A stretch of 64,000 bases of DNA from assembly GCA_032718475.1 (NCBI GenBank), contig JAUCBJ010004074.1, positions 3,984 to 67,983 on the forward strand. The letters run 5' to 3'. Below, piece by piece: positions 38,303 to 52,691 of this stretch. Source of the DNA: Nemertoderma westbladi (taxonomy: Eukaryota > Animalia > Xenacoelomorpha). Numbering within the stretch: the stretch's first letter is position 1; each line of letters begins with the position of its first letter. Position numbers and translations under genes: made by a program. The notes below the pieces were generated by a model. That model was not told the DNA's origin, did not search any database, and was given only the letters and a program-made list of their open reading frames with translations.

Positions 38303-40164
38303 ATGGACCCAGAGCAACTGGAACGAGAGTTCGAATGTTCCGTATGTCTACGACTTTTACATCAGCCACGACTTTTGATCAACTGCTCCCACTGTTTCTG
38401 TTACAAATGTATCGTAAAATTTTCTAAACAACGCGGTGATGGATTTTCGTTGGAATGTCCTCGTTGTCGGAATCCCACCGAGGTAGAGAAACTGGATTCT
38501 TTGCCGACAGTAAGTCATGTCGTCACCATGATTGATATGATTCGAAAAGAAAAAACATGCGACGAGTGCAGAAAAAACAAAGGAACGAATCCCTGCGAAC
38601 GTTGCGATACCGAATTGTGCAGAAAGTGCGAACCTTACCACGTCTGTGACGTCAATCCACCTAATTCGGGAGCAGCTGGAGATCCGACGGGATGCTGGTC
38701 TAATGACGTAGATCTCGATAAACAAGGAGCTGTTGGTGGATCTAAAGAACCGGATCCCGAACTGTGCCTAACCCACGGTCTAAACAAACGCCATTATTGC
38801 GAGAAATGCGAATGTACTGTTTGTCGCCAATGTCATTCCGTTGACGGTGTTTCTAAAGATCACGAGGTCGGGTATACGAACAAAGTCTGTAATTCAATCA
38901 GACGAAACTTAGTAGAAGGTCCGGGAAAGTTGAGATCACGATTGGAGACTAAACTATCGGTGTTGGAAGGAATTCTGGGGGATTTAGACGACGTCACTAA
39001 AGTTTCCACTGACGACATCCGCAAACACTTCCAATATTTATACAACGAATTAAAAGCAGCCGAAGATACAATGATGAAGCAGGTCCGGGATTTAAAAACC
39101 AAAACGGCGGGAAAAATATCAGCAGCGCAGGAAATTCTCGCTAATATCGAAATTCCTGAAGAAAACGAATATTATAAGAAGATAAAGAATTCCGAGTTGA
39201 TCAAAGAAATAGCGGAAGCCAAGAAGATCCTAAAGAAATACAAAGAAATCGAGCAGCGGATTTCTGAGATCGAAGTTGTAGAGGTACCGGAAATTCGTTT
39301 CGTTCCGGTTGAGTTACAGAAGGACCTGGAAGGGATTACTGGCCGCGTCGATATTATAGAAACGATTCCCTAACTAACAGGATTTATATTTACGAATTCA
39401 ACGACGACGATTCTTTATCTTTACGTGGTCAACCTATTATTCTCGAATCCGACTGCAACGCCGAAAAGAAACAGATTAAGTTTCTAGATAATTACTACAA
39501 GGACCCCTGGATCGCTAATAATCACTACGGGGCAACCTGGATCGCCGCAACGGAAGAATGTGTATTTGTAATAAACCCAGACGGAGGGGATGTCAAACAT
39601 TTGTGTCTTGGTAAAGAGAGATACCGCGGTCAACCAATAGGCCCAATGGTCGGTATCTATGGTGATTATCTGCTAACGTCAAACAACTGCGTGATTAAAC
39701 TGGACCGACGCGATTGTTCTAAGGAATGGATATCCCGTATCGAAGAACCTGGGAAACTCCTTCCCAGCGATAGCTGTAGTTTTCCACTGGGCCATTTAAC
39801 CGTCGGATTATTCCAACCTAACGAACATAAGTTATCCATATGTATCTATCCCGTTACCGGCACCGGACCCAACGTTACTCTCGTATTGGATAGAAGGATA
39901 TCCGTTCTTGATTGCGGTAAATCCATCCCTATTGGGGCGATGGAACTACTGGATTATCCATCATGGCATTACTTAGTTCCTCTAGAAGAAGAAGGGAATC
40001 ATTATCTGGGGATTTATAAATACGTTCCAAGCGGAACTAAAGTATCCCGATTGGGTGCCGTGCCAGTAAACGGGTTCGGTGGGATGGCTGTTGTGAATAA
40101 TAATAAAGGATTCATTCTGTACGAAACTCGTAGTAACAGTTTACTTTATATTAAATCTAACTAA
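38303..40164 (+). pseudogene. TRIM-type gene copy 2, frameshifted by a ~195-bp internal deletion; could still encode a 356-aa RBCC-only protein
   Basis: Near-identical to 191-1894. The junction at ~39360 lacks the equivalent of ~1254-1447. The C-terminal frame continues to 40164. Confidence 0.88.
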
Positions 40165-41272
40165 ATCAGCTACACCTATCGATAAATTGAGTTTTAACTC
40201 GCTAACTATATATAACTGTTTACTTAACTCTTTCTTTCATTTAATACAGGCTCCAGTCTATGGCCCCGTATTTTATATATAACTGAGCTACCCCACATAG
40301 ATATTTAGTAAAGATATGAGAAATTATAAAAAATGTTCACCAAACGGTTCCGCTGGTTTTTTAGAGGGTCTTAAACATAGCAACGGAGGAAATCCCCATA
40401 GCAACAGCTCTTATAGTAGATATGACGAGTTACAACTAAACATAATAACAAAATAAATAACAAAATTATTATTTTGGATACGAAGAATTTAATGACATAT
40501 TTCGTTTTTTGAAAATACCATAGCAACCAAGTGAAAACGACCTTCAATATTAGCTGTATTGATAATGTCCTTAGCAACGGGCTTTAAACGGGTGTAAAGC
40601 ATATGTAGTGGTCGTAGAGTTATGGAATCAGAGTCTACCACCAATATATCGAGTATAAGGAACAATATGCACTACTTTTCAGTTTCTAGTTGCCATGGCA
40701 ACGGGTAACTTTGACTAGAAACTGGCTATATATTAGCCGTAGCGTCATTAAATAAACCTCCACCCCCCACTATATCGAGTATAAGGAAAAATATGCAATA
40801 TGTTTCAGTTTCTAGATGCCATGGTAACTCGTCAGAATTGTTAACAAAGTGTTTTTTATATCACTTGGCTGGTTTCACTACTTATAAGAGCGCATTTTGA
40901 AAGATAACTGAGATTTACATGTTACGTATATTTAGAGATTTACATTTGTCATCACTTTATGCCCTATAACCATCTTACATAAATGAAATTACATTGTTTT
41001 AAGAATCGCAATTACGACAGTAACCAGTGCACATAAACACCGTTAGGTCTACAAGAACAGTGCGCACACCAGCCGCTAGGGGGCTACATATGTAAACATT
41101 AAATGTTCTTCCATTTCTTTGCTTTTATTCCGTTCAAGGTAAAACTTAGCATTTATGTACCATCAGCTGTATATTTCAAGGTAGGCTAATCCCTATGCAG
41201 TTCTCAAGTCTACCGCTAGAGGGCGAAATATCTAATAGTGAAATCATTCTCATATTGTTTTAGTTATATATA

Positions 41273-41870
41273 AAGGGTGAGTGAGGGAGACTTAAACAAG
41301 ATGCCACTTCGTCAGAAAGCGGCACATATCAATAGAATTTGAAGAAAACAATTAATATGTGCTTGGATTGAAAATTATACAAGATATTCATTAATAAAAT
41401 GTACCTTCACGCGTTAAATTTTAATGCGGTTCTAATGAACTATTATTTATTCAGTTCTTGTTGGTATTTTGTTGGTCTAAATTTGTATAAAGTTTTGGAT
41501 AATAATTTAACAATTTAACATTCGCATTTTTTGAAATTTTTCTGCTCTACTAGAAAATAGACATGTTGAACATGTAATTATTACACTTCTTCAGCATTTT
41601 TGAACGAATTTACAAGTATGTGAGGTGGGGTTCAAGTTTCCCACCCTAGGTGTCAAGTCTCCCCCCATTGAGGGAGACTTGACGCTTTTTCGAAAATACG
41701 AATAATTGGTTTAATTAAGAAAGTTTAAGAGTTGAAATTCTCAAACTCTGACATAATGATAGCAATCATAAATGTAATGTGAAAAAGTTAAAACGGCATT
41801 GAGAAATTAATTTATCTGTTCTTTAGAGCGATTATAACTTTTGGGGTTCAAGTCTCCCTCACTCACCCTA
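41273..41870. mobile_element. MITE (~600 bp)
   Basis: TIR AGGGTGAGTGAGGGAGACTT / AAGTCTCCCTCACTCACCCT; no coding capacity. Confidence 0.8.
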
Positions 41871-42877
41871 CTATGTGAGATATGTACTAAAACACAGTCT
41901 GTGTCTTTGTGGGGTCGGTAAACGATCTGCAGTTCTCCAGTCTGCCGCTAGAGGGCTAGATATCTGAAAATGATAAGCTTCCCCATTTCGTTGATGTTAA
42001 TCCGTTTAAGCTGATTCTTGGCTTGACAAATATGTACTAGACTACAAGTTGCGACTTTATGAGGAGGTTGATCGGCCAGCAGTTCTTCAGTCAACTGTCA
42101 CTGTCAACAATTCTGACGAGTTGCCAAGGCATATAGAAACTAAAACATATTGCATATAGCGATTAATATAAATGTAAATTGAGTTTATTGCGAGTAAATA
42201 TTCAAATATTATAATATATTTCGAACCGACTGGCGACGCTTCATCAGATACAAGTTATAACGAATAAAAAGGAATACAAAACTACAAAATTGTGGTAAAA
42301 TACAGAGATAGGATTACCGGTATTTCTGTACGAAACTCGTAGTAACAGTTTACTTTGTATTAACTTCTTATTAATTCTTCTTTTTAAATGTATTAATTTC
42401 TTATTAACTTGTTATTTATTACCTTCATGTTAGATAATTTATTAATAATCAATAGTCAACTTATAAATTATTATTTTCGCGCAACATTAAAGAAATTTAC
42501 CTTCTTACTTTTGTAATTTTAATCGCATTATGATAGAGTGATATTTTTATTTCCGTGTTCTACTGTATATTTATTTTTATCTTTTGTAATATACAGTATG
42601 TAAATATTTATACTGTATATTTTTATCTGCGCTATCGTTAGATTCAATCTGATATTTTTATTTCAGTGTTCTACTGTAAATTTATTGATCTGTTTTATAT
42701 ATGAATTTATCTGTTATAATTCTAGTTATTTTATTTTACTGTTCTACTGTATGTTTCTTTCATCAGCACTACTGTTCTTTACTTGATTATTTAAATTACT
42801 ATTTAATACGTTATTTTTATTTTTCTGGTTTCTGTAGGCCTATGTTTTTATCAGCCCTATCTGTACACTATTATATA

Positions 42878-43205
42878 CTGTGGGGCGAGCCACGAAGCGA
42901 TTGAGCCTTAGCGTAGTGGTACCATTAATCAACCTGTGGGGCGAGCCACGAAGTGAGTGAGCCTTAGCGTAGTGGTGCCATTAATCAACCTGTGGGGCGA
43001 GCCACGAAGTGAGTGAGCCTTAGCGTAGTGGTACCATTAATCAACCTGTCGTTCTGTCGCGTTTTTTTTCAGTATTTTATTTTAAACGTTAATAACTCGG
43101 CCAATCCTTGATGAAATCTATCCAAACTTGGTACACATGTTGTTTGGCAAAAGTTTGAAAATTTTCCAAGTATAATTTGCGTGGGGCCTTCGTGCAGCAT
43201 CAGTG
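42878..43205. mobile_element. HINE/DINE-1-like repeat with a triplicated 56-bp 5' end
   Basis: tgtggggcgagccacgaag..gagccttagcgtagtggtaccattaatcaacc x3; related to 8728-9230. Confidence 0.6.
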
Positions 43206-43457
43206 TAACTGTTATTGCAGTAATAATACATTTGTTTTTCCAAATTTAAAATGCGTTAAATTATTATTACTGTAGGATAAATCAGCTGGGTTTTCTGACA
43301 AATTTTGCAATTCTGCATGTAGGCCTACCATGTGTACCGGTACTGTCAGGCTGTACTCAATCCCTGAATCGAGAATCCTGCAAAGCTATATACTGTTAGT
43401 ATATTGCTGTATTGGGGTGGGGTTAGGAATAATCCATTTGTTTTAGCATTGAACTGT

Positions 43458-43973
43458 TGAATCCCCTTATTTATTATAAAACCATTGGAAATATTCGCAA
43501 ATGCCGCTCCATTACTGTCTGAAACGCTCCCGACAGTCCGATGTATCTGGACCCGAGCAGCCGAGTTGCTTCAAGAGGTGATTAACGGGGGAATACTACG
43601 GAATTGCTTGTTTGTCAGTACCTACGATTCTATTTGGGTATTTACTACACTCAGACACTGGGAATACGACGGTCAGTCAGATCGTAATGCGGGCCACTGC
43701 CAAGTTCCTCATGCCTCACTCCGGTCACCCACCGTGGAGTGCGGTGGGAAGAGTCCAACTTACGTCGACGACTGGACGAATCGACGAGGATTGCGATCTG
43801 GGTTTAGCGGCGGCCCGGATCCTGGGATCGCCTGGGGGAAATGGTTGAACGTTGGGCAGACGTTATCGCACTGGATTACGTTCTCTGTGACGCGAAAGTG
43901 TGAAGCGAATTCGTTGTCGAATTGGGTCGGAAGCTGCGGGAATTCTACTGTTCTACGGGAGTAAACCGCAGCC
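43458..43973 (+). repeat. Inverted paralogue of ~8205-8625
   Basis: Reverse-complement match, also seen in the shared peptide [24 protein letters not shown]. Confidence 0.85.
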
Positions 43974-45017
43974 CCAGTAAAAAATCCCCATGCGTAACGC
44001 ATTCGTAGTTAACATTCGTAATTAACTTCTAGGTAGGAACACTCCGTGAAACATAACGTAGTACTTATAGCGATACGGCTATAAGTCGTCAGACGGTGGT
44101 ATTTTTCCTATCTGGACAACGCAATATATTTACTACTGCGTATTATTTTCAAATACCGTAGTATCCTGTCCGTTGTAATAACTAGATATTCTAACCCTTT
44201 GTTAGGCTGGTTTGTAGACTTCTTGTAAAATTACCCTAAAAAATTCGTACTTGTAATTTTTGTGTTTATTTAGAGATTGTAATCTCACCCCGCAATTGTA
44301 CGTAATTTGTAGTAATAAGTAACTTAGGCAAGTAGAATTATTTGTTTTAGTGTCCAACAAGTAGCACTCCACTGAGAGCGTACAGCTTCTGTGTAGTGAC
44401 TCCTTCCCAGAAATAATAACATTTATTTCAAATATTGTGACAAAAACCCATTATACGGGTATATATATTATAAATCAACTCAAACCGATTTATAAAATAG
44501 TAGGCCTGTCATACAACAATTAGGTCTTAATATCAGTTGGACTACTGCTTAAATAACGGTAATAAAGTCAAGTAAAGTAACTAAGTAACCCTTAAAAATT
44601 CAGAAATTCAATTATTCTAAAATAATTGATATACCGGTATTTACAATAGGCTTATTATATTTATTTCTATAAATTTGAGCTGAAATTATATACCGGTATT
44701 CTGTAATTAATTCTAGTCTATACTTATACTTATATATACTATAAGTGTAAGCTGTATACCGGTATTCACGATAGGCTTATTATATATCTATATATTTGTG
44801 CTGAAATTATATACCGGTATTCTGTGACAAACCTAGTCTGTAATAATACTTATATATATACTATAAGTGTATTCCGGTATTCTAACATATTGTATATATA
44901 TCACGTTACACTGAGTAACGATATCGGTAATTAATTACTAGGCTAATAGTTGATACTGAATTATTAGACTTGCTTTAACTGTAATATAGCAGTGGGCATT
45001 CAACTGTACAAATAAAC

Positions 45018-48000
45018 ATGTCTGATACAAAGCAAAACCTGTCAGACAGTCTCTTAGATACAACCATCTGTGACCCAGACAGGAGTGTGGAAAGTGTGAG
45101 ACCGAAGTTCAACTCACCTCCTACTGTAAGAAAGATCATCCCTCCAGTAGTAGTATCAGACCCTAGGCTAGTCCAACACCGTAGGTCTATCATAGGCACT
45201 CGGGCTCAAGTCAAGCGGGACCAAGTAGCAGCTGTTAAACAGCAGCAACACTCGAGCCGAGAACTTATTTCTCAGCGGCCCGACAGCTCCAGTAGTTCGG
45301 ATACTGTAGAGCTTACACCCGAGTGCGGAGCAAAGATGGCAGATGCGGTTTATTCGGATCCCCTTCTCATCCTTCCTGCAGCCGTACTCACTAGGGTATT
45401 GATTGCGGTGGAGGAACACCAAATTGATTGGGCGAGAAGTAAGCGATCAACCAAGGACAGTTATGCGGGATACACCAAGGAGGAACAGAAGTCTATTGTC
45501 GAGTCGCAATGGAACTTCCCCGGACCCGGACTCCCGTTTGACTTATCGGAAGCTGCCTGGGAAGACATATACAGGATGGGAGTGACAAAAGACACTAGTG
45601 ATCCAGCTGTGTGGAAGATGTCAGCAGCAGGGTATGTACAGGGATTCTTCAGCTCTTTGGAGCGATTAGAAGAACAACTGTTTCGACAACCCCAAGGACC
45701 TCAAGAGCAGGGAGAGCTGCTTTATCAAGTTAGAGAAAGAATTCTAAGAATCAGATTAATCCTATCGGCCTTTGAGGAAGCTTCGAAAAGAAGACAAGAC
45801 ACGTCGTTGCAAGTTGCCGTCAAAACTTGGTTCCAGCGGGTGAGTCTCAGGGTTCAAGGAACGGCCCAGTGGAAATCTCAGCTGGCTGAGCGCCCAATCC
45901 ATGGAGAATCAACAGACGCTACCTTTTCTCAAGTGGAAAGTGAAGCGACAGCAGAGAAACCGCATGAGAGGGACGCTATTGACATCTATCTGTCAGACTA
46001 TCAACGATTTCTAGGTGATGAAGAGTTGAGGAGAAGGCTGGCTGGACTTCGCCCTAATAGTGAAGGAGCCAAGTTTGTGTTGGACGCAATATATGCGGAA
46101 ATGTTAGCTGTGAACCAAGCTAAATTTGATGAACGCCTCCGCATCGCTAGGGTCCAAGAATAACAAGTAAGGAAAAAACGTATAGAAGACAGAAAGACAG
46201 CAGCAGCGGCAGTGGCAGCGGCAGAAGCGGAAAGAAAGGCGGTAGAGGCAGCGGCGGAGGCGGAAAGAAAGATGGCAGTGGCAGAAGCAGAACGGAGAGC
46301 GTCTGAAGAGACCACCCAACTAGAGTTGGAAAATATTCAAGAGAATCAAGACTGCATAAATAAACAGTTAACAGCTAGTCAAATGCAGATGATGAGTCGA
46401 TCTACTCCCAAAAGACAGGGATTTACATCATCTGATGAAGGCGATACCACCGATCCTGAAGGCGGAGGAAATAGATCTCGTCTAAGTAGGCGTAGAAAAA
46501 TGTCCCACCGTCAGAAATTGCCTAATTTGCCCCCAGCTGTTAGAAGGCAACTAACTAGCACAGACTTAGGTAGTACAGAACCCACAGACCAAATTATTAA
46601 AATAGAAAGACTCCCTACTATAGTAGATGAGCCTGAAATAATTAGGCCTGTTCTCGAAGCCACCCCTTCGGTGATAGAGACACCTGTACTCCCGGAACCT
46701 ACCTCTAAATTCCCTTTGCACAGCACTAAACTACCTGTGCCCAACAGAAACGCCTCTGAGACAGTTCCTGTCCTGGACTCCGAGCGAAATATCAACGATT
46801 TGTCGCCCGTTGTCCCTCGTCTACCCGCTACTATGTTGGCGGCTCCCGCTTCGGCGGTCGAGTGGGTGGATGAGGGACGGCGGGAGATGGGTCTCCTGCT
46901 CGGGCAGCTGAGGGAACACCGTTTGTGTTCCTCTCAGCAGGTCTGGGAGATGGAAGGGACTGTTCAGCAGTTAAAGGGAACAGTCAGAGAGGGTAGGTTA
47001 GAGTTGCAAGAAGTGCAGCAGAATATTGCGTTAGAACGCGATAAATTGGTAAATATACAAAAGGGTATACCACCACCCCCTGTAACAATGTGTCAACCTG
47101 TTAGGTCTGAAGTATTTCATGCGCAAGGTGTGGAGCCTACACGCATCTATACTGCTAGTGAAGTAGAAACTCCTATAGTAAACCCTATTAAGGGTAATTA
47201 TAAACCTGTTGACAATGATATTCCATATAGACCTGATCATAATCCGAGAAATTTATATACCGATAACTCGATATTAAATAATACGATGGCCGAAGAAAGT
47301 TTTACGCGTCAAATGGCTAGAACCGAAGCCCGTCAAGCGGTAAAGGTGGGAGAGATCGTCAAGTTCAATGGAGATGAGATGAAATGGTTACCTTTTAATG
47401 AATATTACAAAGATAACATACAGAACTCTGTGCTATCTAACGGAGAAAAACTTAGATTCCTCAACGAGTGCTTGGAAGGATCTCCCAAGTTAATGGCGTT
47501 AAAGTTTATTGGACATCCAGATGGACTAAGACAAGTCTGGGATACATTAAACATCAGGTATGGTAATAGGAATAACATAGCTAGGTATTTGTATGCAAAA
47601 TTGGTAGCGCCCCGAAAGTTCATTAGCAGCGGGATTATAGAGTTTTCCGATGAGATTCAGGAGATCTGTAGACAATTAGATTGGCTAGGTAAGTCTCATG
47701 AATATCAGAGTTCTATGGTTATTGGAGCTGTGGCCTCTACTTTACCAAAGGGTGGAGTAGGTACACGCTGGGACAAGAAAGTGTTATATATGATGGAACA
47801 ACAACGACGAGACCCTACCATGGCTGATCTCATGTCATTCTTGGATGGCGAGGTAAAACTACAGCTCCTAAAGCAGTCCAGAGAGAAGACAACGGAAAAT
47901 AAGGTAAGTGAGAAACCCGTTTCTAGGAGAAAGGTAACACCAGTGTGTTATACCGACGACGGCGAAAGCCAGGCTTCTCAAGAAGAAGACAGCGGGAAAG

Positions 48001-51000
48001 ACACTGAAAGATCTTACTATGTCAACAAAACGCCTAAAGACGTAAGTAAATTCAAGTCTCGAACCAATGACAGGAGAGAACAGGTAAGAAAAACTCCTCC
48101 TACGTCTCCTAAGAGAATTCATGTACGAAAGCCTGAGGAAAGAACGAGTGTACACAACGTTACTCAGAATAAGGTAAGTAACATCAAACCGAAATGTGCG
48201 CTGTGTGACGGGCCCCACCGTTTGAATGTGTGTGATGAATTCCTAAAGAAATCATTAAAAGATAGACGTGAAGTCATGTGGGATAAGCGGTTGTGTTATA
48301 ATTGCCTCAGACAAGGACACCAACGGCGAACCTGTTACTCCGACGCAAGGTGTGCAAAGTGCAGCGCAAAACATCATATCTTGTTGCACACTGAATTCGA
48401 ACGAAACAGCCCGAGTCAGGTAAGTGAGTCCGAACTACATGTCCAATTCAGTGATGTGAACGACACTGACCAAAGTTCTGAGATGGAAGGATTCTATACG
48501 GACGAATTCTCCGACGAAGACGAATCCTGTTACCTAATAAATACCGCAGTGTATCGAGCACTTACGTATGAAAAGGACACCGACATTGAGCCCCCCCTAA
48601 CTACTCCCGCCCGACAACCATCTTGGAAAGCACCAACTTCCAATGTAGAGGAGTCCGAGAATTTCCCGTAGTGCAGGTGAGAGTCCATGGGCCACGAAAA
48701 AGTTATATAGTGAACGCCCTTCTTGACTCCGGTAGGTTGGTACTTTACTGGCCCTTCCCGTAGAACTCTCATGGAAAGGTTACCCAAAGAACGGGTCTAC
48801 CAAGTAAGTGAATGGGAAGTGGAGAGCAGTGAGGTGGACGACCCAACTGAGGGAACACCATACTCCTCAGATAATGACGATATCTACCAACTCTTTGACG
48901 AGGAGAATACCATCGACCTCCTTACGGAAAACGAAACTTGGCAAAACCAAGTGAACCTATGTCAACTCATTCGTCCATCAGGACAAGTCAACTATAACGA
49001 CGAACTGAATGACGTGATAGATCGCTACAACGCGAAGACTCGGGATGAACACGCCGTACGATTCTTTACTCAAGAGGCTGTAGAGCCCAATTCCTACAAT
49101 AAGGCCCTATCGGTAGAAGAAGAAAGAGCCAAGCAGATCCAGGAGACAACTACACGTTTCCTTAAAGATCAAGGTAGATATGAAATCGGTCTACCATTTC
49201 GAAAACGGGAACCTAAATTCATAAACAACCGACCCTTGGCGGAGAAAAGAATTGCGCAACTACATCGACGCCTTACGGCAAATGCTTCAGCTAAGGAAAT
49301 GTACAAGATTCAGTTGAAGAAATTTATTAACAAAGGATATGCGGAGCGAGTACCGGAAGAAACACCCATAACTGAGAGAACGTACTATCTAACACATCAT
49401 TACGTTCCCAAACCCGGTAAACCCCATGAAGTCCGTGTAGTATTTGACGGCTCCGCCCTCTACATGGGACAATCACTTAATTCCGAGTTATTGCCTGGAC
49501 CCAACTTACTCCAATCCTTGTTGGGAATACTCTTAAGATTACGACAATATTCGATTGCTTTTGCTTCGGATATAGAAGGCATGTTCTTACAAGTTAAGGC
49601 GCTGGAAAGGGATCGCGACAGCCTATGATTTCTGTGGTGGCCTGAAGGAGACCTCAATCAGAAACCGGTGGAGTACTGGATGACCATCCAGGCTTTTGGG
49701 ATCATCTCAAGCCCTTCAAACGCCTGCTCAGTGGTGCGAACCACTGCTGATGACAACCGGGACGCCTTATCTAAGGAGGTGATCGGCAACATCAAACGGG
49801 ATATATACATGGACGACAATTTAAAGTCCCTCCCATCAGTGGAAGAAGCCATTGACGTCGCCAAAGGGACGGTAGAGTGCTTGAAAAGAGGTGGATTTCG
49901 ATTGACTAAATTCACCAGCAACTCCCGTGAGTTTCTGGAATCGATTCCAGTAGAAGACCGAGGAGCGAAAGATCTAGACCTAATCAAGGACGATCTTCCA
50001 GAAACCAAGACTCTTGGTTTGAAATGGGACACAGAGAGAGATATCCTGTTTTTTCAGCTAAAACAGCGAGATAATCCAGTTCGGACTAAACGGATTTGTC
50101 TAAGTATCCTGAGCACTTATTTCGATCCATTGGGATTTATTAGCCTAGTTATATTGATTGCTCGGAGTTTAGTACAACAAATGTGGCTTGAAAACCACTC
50201 ATGGGACGATCCACTCAAAGGAGAACTCTTAAAGAAGTGGATGAAATGGGAAGATTCTCTACCATCCATCGAGAACTTTATAATTTCCCGTTCATATTTT
50301 GGTCATGTTCTCCCTACTTATTCCTATCAACTCCATGTGTTTGGAGACGCCAGCGATATGGGAATAGGTATAGTAGCCTACCTGAGAGTTGAAACTCCGG
50401 ATGGAATCAAAGTCGCCTTGGTTACCTCTAAGGCCTTGATTAACAACAAGTTGAAGGTTCCTCGAGCGGAGTTAAAAGCGGCTCTATACGCTACAGCCAT
50501 CGGCCGGAATGTAACAGAACAGATCGACTATCCACTGGAGAAAACTGTTTATTGGACCGATGCTTTACTCGTGTTGGAGTATATAACCAATGAAGTCTGT
50601 CAGTTCAGCGTCTTTGTTACTAACAGAGTAGCCATTATTCTTAGTCACACGAAGATAGATCAATGGAGACATTGCCCCGGAACGATTAATCCAGCAGACA
50701 TCGCCTCCAGGGGAGCAACTCCACAAGAACTGATAGATACTCCAGACTGGTTAGGTGGACCCGACTTCCTAAGCAAAGAAGAGGATGAATGGCCTCCTCA
50801 TCTTACTACGGCAGAGATTAGGCAGGCCAAGGGAGCGGAGAAAGTCAAACCTAAAACCCGGGCGAGTAAATCGAAGTTATTTAAACCTGTGATAGATCTG
50901 TCTGTACTACACACTTCCGGAGACGACGCTTTGGATCTGAAACCCCCAGCCACAAATAAGTCTGTTGTGGAAATTCGAGAGAGAGATTGGAAATCTGGAA

Positions 51001-52691
51001 TACCAGACGTCTCGCAAGGACTCTCATCTCTCCTGCGGGGAGCGATACATCACTATAGTTCCTGGAATCGGCTCTGTAAGGCCGTTACATATTTAAAGCG
51101 ATGTTTTCATCATCACTACTCCAGGACGAAGAACACTAATGATACCGCTCCACTGACATCTGCGCAGGTCCATGTTGTTAAAGATCTTCCCAAATACAAG
51201 ATATCCGACAGGTTTCTGAAGGAGAAGATCAGTTACCAGGAGCATGAAGAAAGCAATAAGCAGATACTGAGACTCCTGCAATGCTATGAGGATTCCGATA
51301 AGTATTTCCTGTTGTTGAGAAATCCACAGATGCGCTTAAGGGATCGTTTCTCTAGCACAATGATAGATGGGTTAATACGCGTTGGAGGAAGACTAACTAA
51401 TGCTCCATTATCCTTTGACACTAAGTTTCCCATACTCATTAGAAATCTTGAAATACAAATCAAGATGATTGTAGATGTTCACAGTAAGCTTTATCATGCT
51501 GGTAGAGAACGAGTTCTTAGCGAAATTCGAACCCGCTATTATTTTTATAAACCCCGTAGAGCTCTGAACCAAGTTCTTAGGAACTGCATACCCTGTAGGA
51601 AAGCATTCAGTAGGCCTTTAACACAGCGAGAGGCAGAATTACCTAGGGAACGAGTAAGCTTCTATGAACCACCCTTCACTAATACCGGTGTAGATTTATT
51701 TGGCCCTATTGAAGTATATCGTGCTAGGACTATAGTCAAGAGATGGTGTGTCATCTTTGTTTGTATGACTTGTAGAGCTATCCATCTCGATATGGTGAAC
51801 GATTTATCTACTAACAGCTTCCTATTGAGCTTACGCCGACAGATCGCTCGCTTTGGAACTAGTAACACGATGAGATCTGATAAGGGAACAAACTTCATTG
51901 GTGCCAACAATGAAATCAAGGCTTACGTCAAAGATTGGAACCAAAGACAGGTGGACGATCAGCTAAGAATAACAGCGTCTAGCTGGACCTTCAACGCCGC
52001 CGACGCCCCTTGGTGGGGAGGAAGTTGGGAGAGATTAATCAGGAGCGTGAAGACCGCATTTCACTTTATAGTGCCGTGCCGCGCGTATCTCACCGACGAA
52101 CTTTTGCGGACGTTAATGGAGGAAATCGCCGCCTATCTCAACGAGAGACCGCTTATGCCAGTCTCATCGAGTCCCGATTCCCTGGAAGCGCTAACACCCG
52201 CGCACTTCCTACTGAAAAAACCTGTAGCCATGCTCCCACGATCGGAAATCACAGACGGAGACGAATACTGCCGGCAAACTTGGCAACTTATGCAGTTGTT
52301 ATCCCGTCGTTTCGCTGACCATTTCGAAAAACATTATCTGCCCACGCTACAACTTCGAACTAAGTGGTTTGCGCAGCAAGAAAACGTCAGCGCTGGAGAC
52401 ATGGTCCTTATTGTGGATTCAGACCTTCCACGTAAGCGGTGGCAGACAGGTCGTATCATCGAGACTCATATCTCGGATGATGGTTTGGTGCGATCGGTAG
52501 AACTCGTCGTCATGCGACGTAACTTTAAGAAACCGGGAATTGTCTTCGAGACACAGCAACTCAATCGCCCAGTTGGTCGTTTATGTTTACTGGAAAGAGA
52601 CAGAGAACTCTCCGGAAACTATGGAAGGCAAGATACTCTTCCCACGACCACCTCCCTAATCCAACAAACATCTAGGGACTCCCCAACGTAA
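45018..52691 (+). pseudogene. Gag-Pol of A2, disrupted
   Basis: TAA at 46161, frameshift at ~48648, ~400-bp deletion right after the protease DSG (~48732), TGA at 49626. RT/RH/IN otherwise closely match A1. Confidence 0.93.

Noticed and set aside
43485-43964. 159-aa ORF
   Set aside because: No recognisable domain and frameshifted in the paralogue at ~8205-8625. At most an unidentifiable gene relic.
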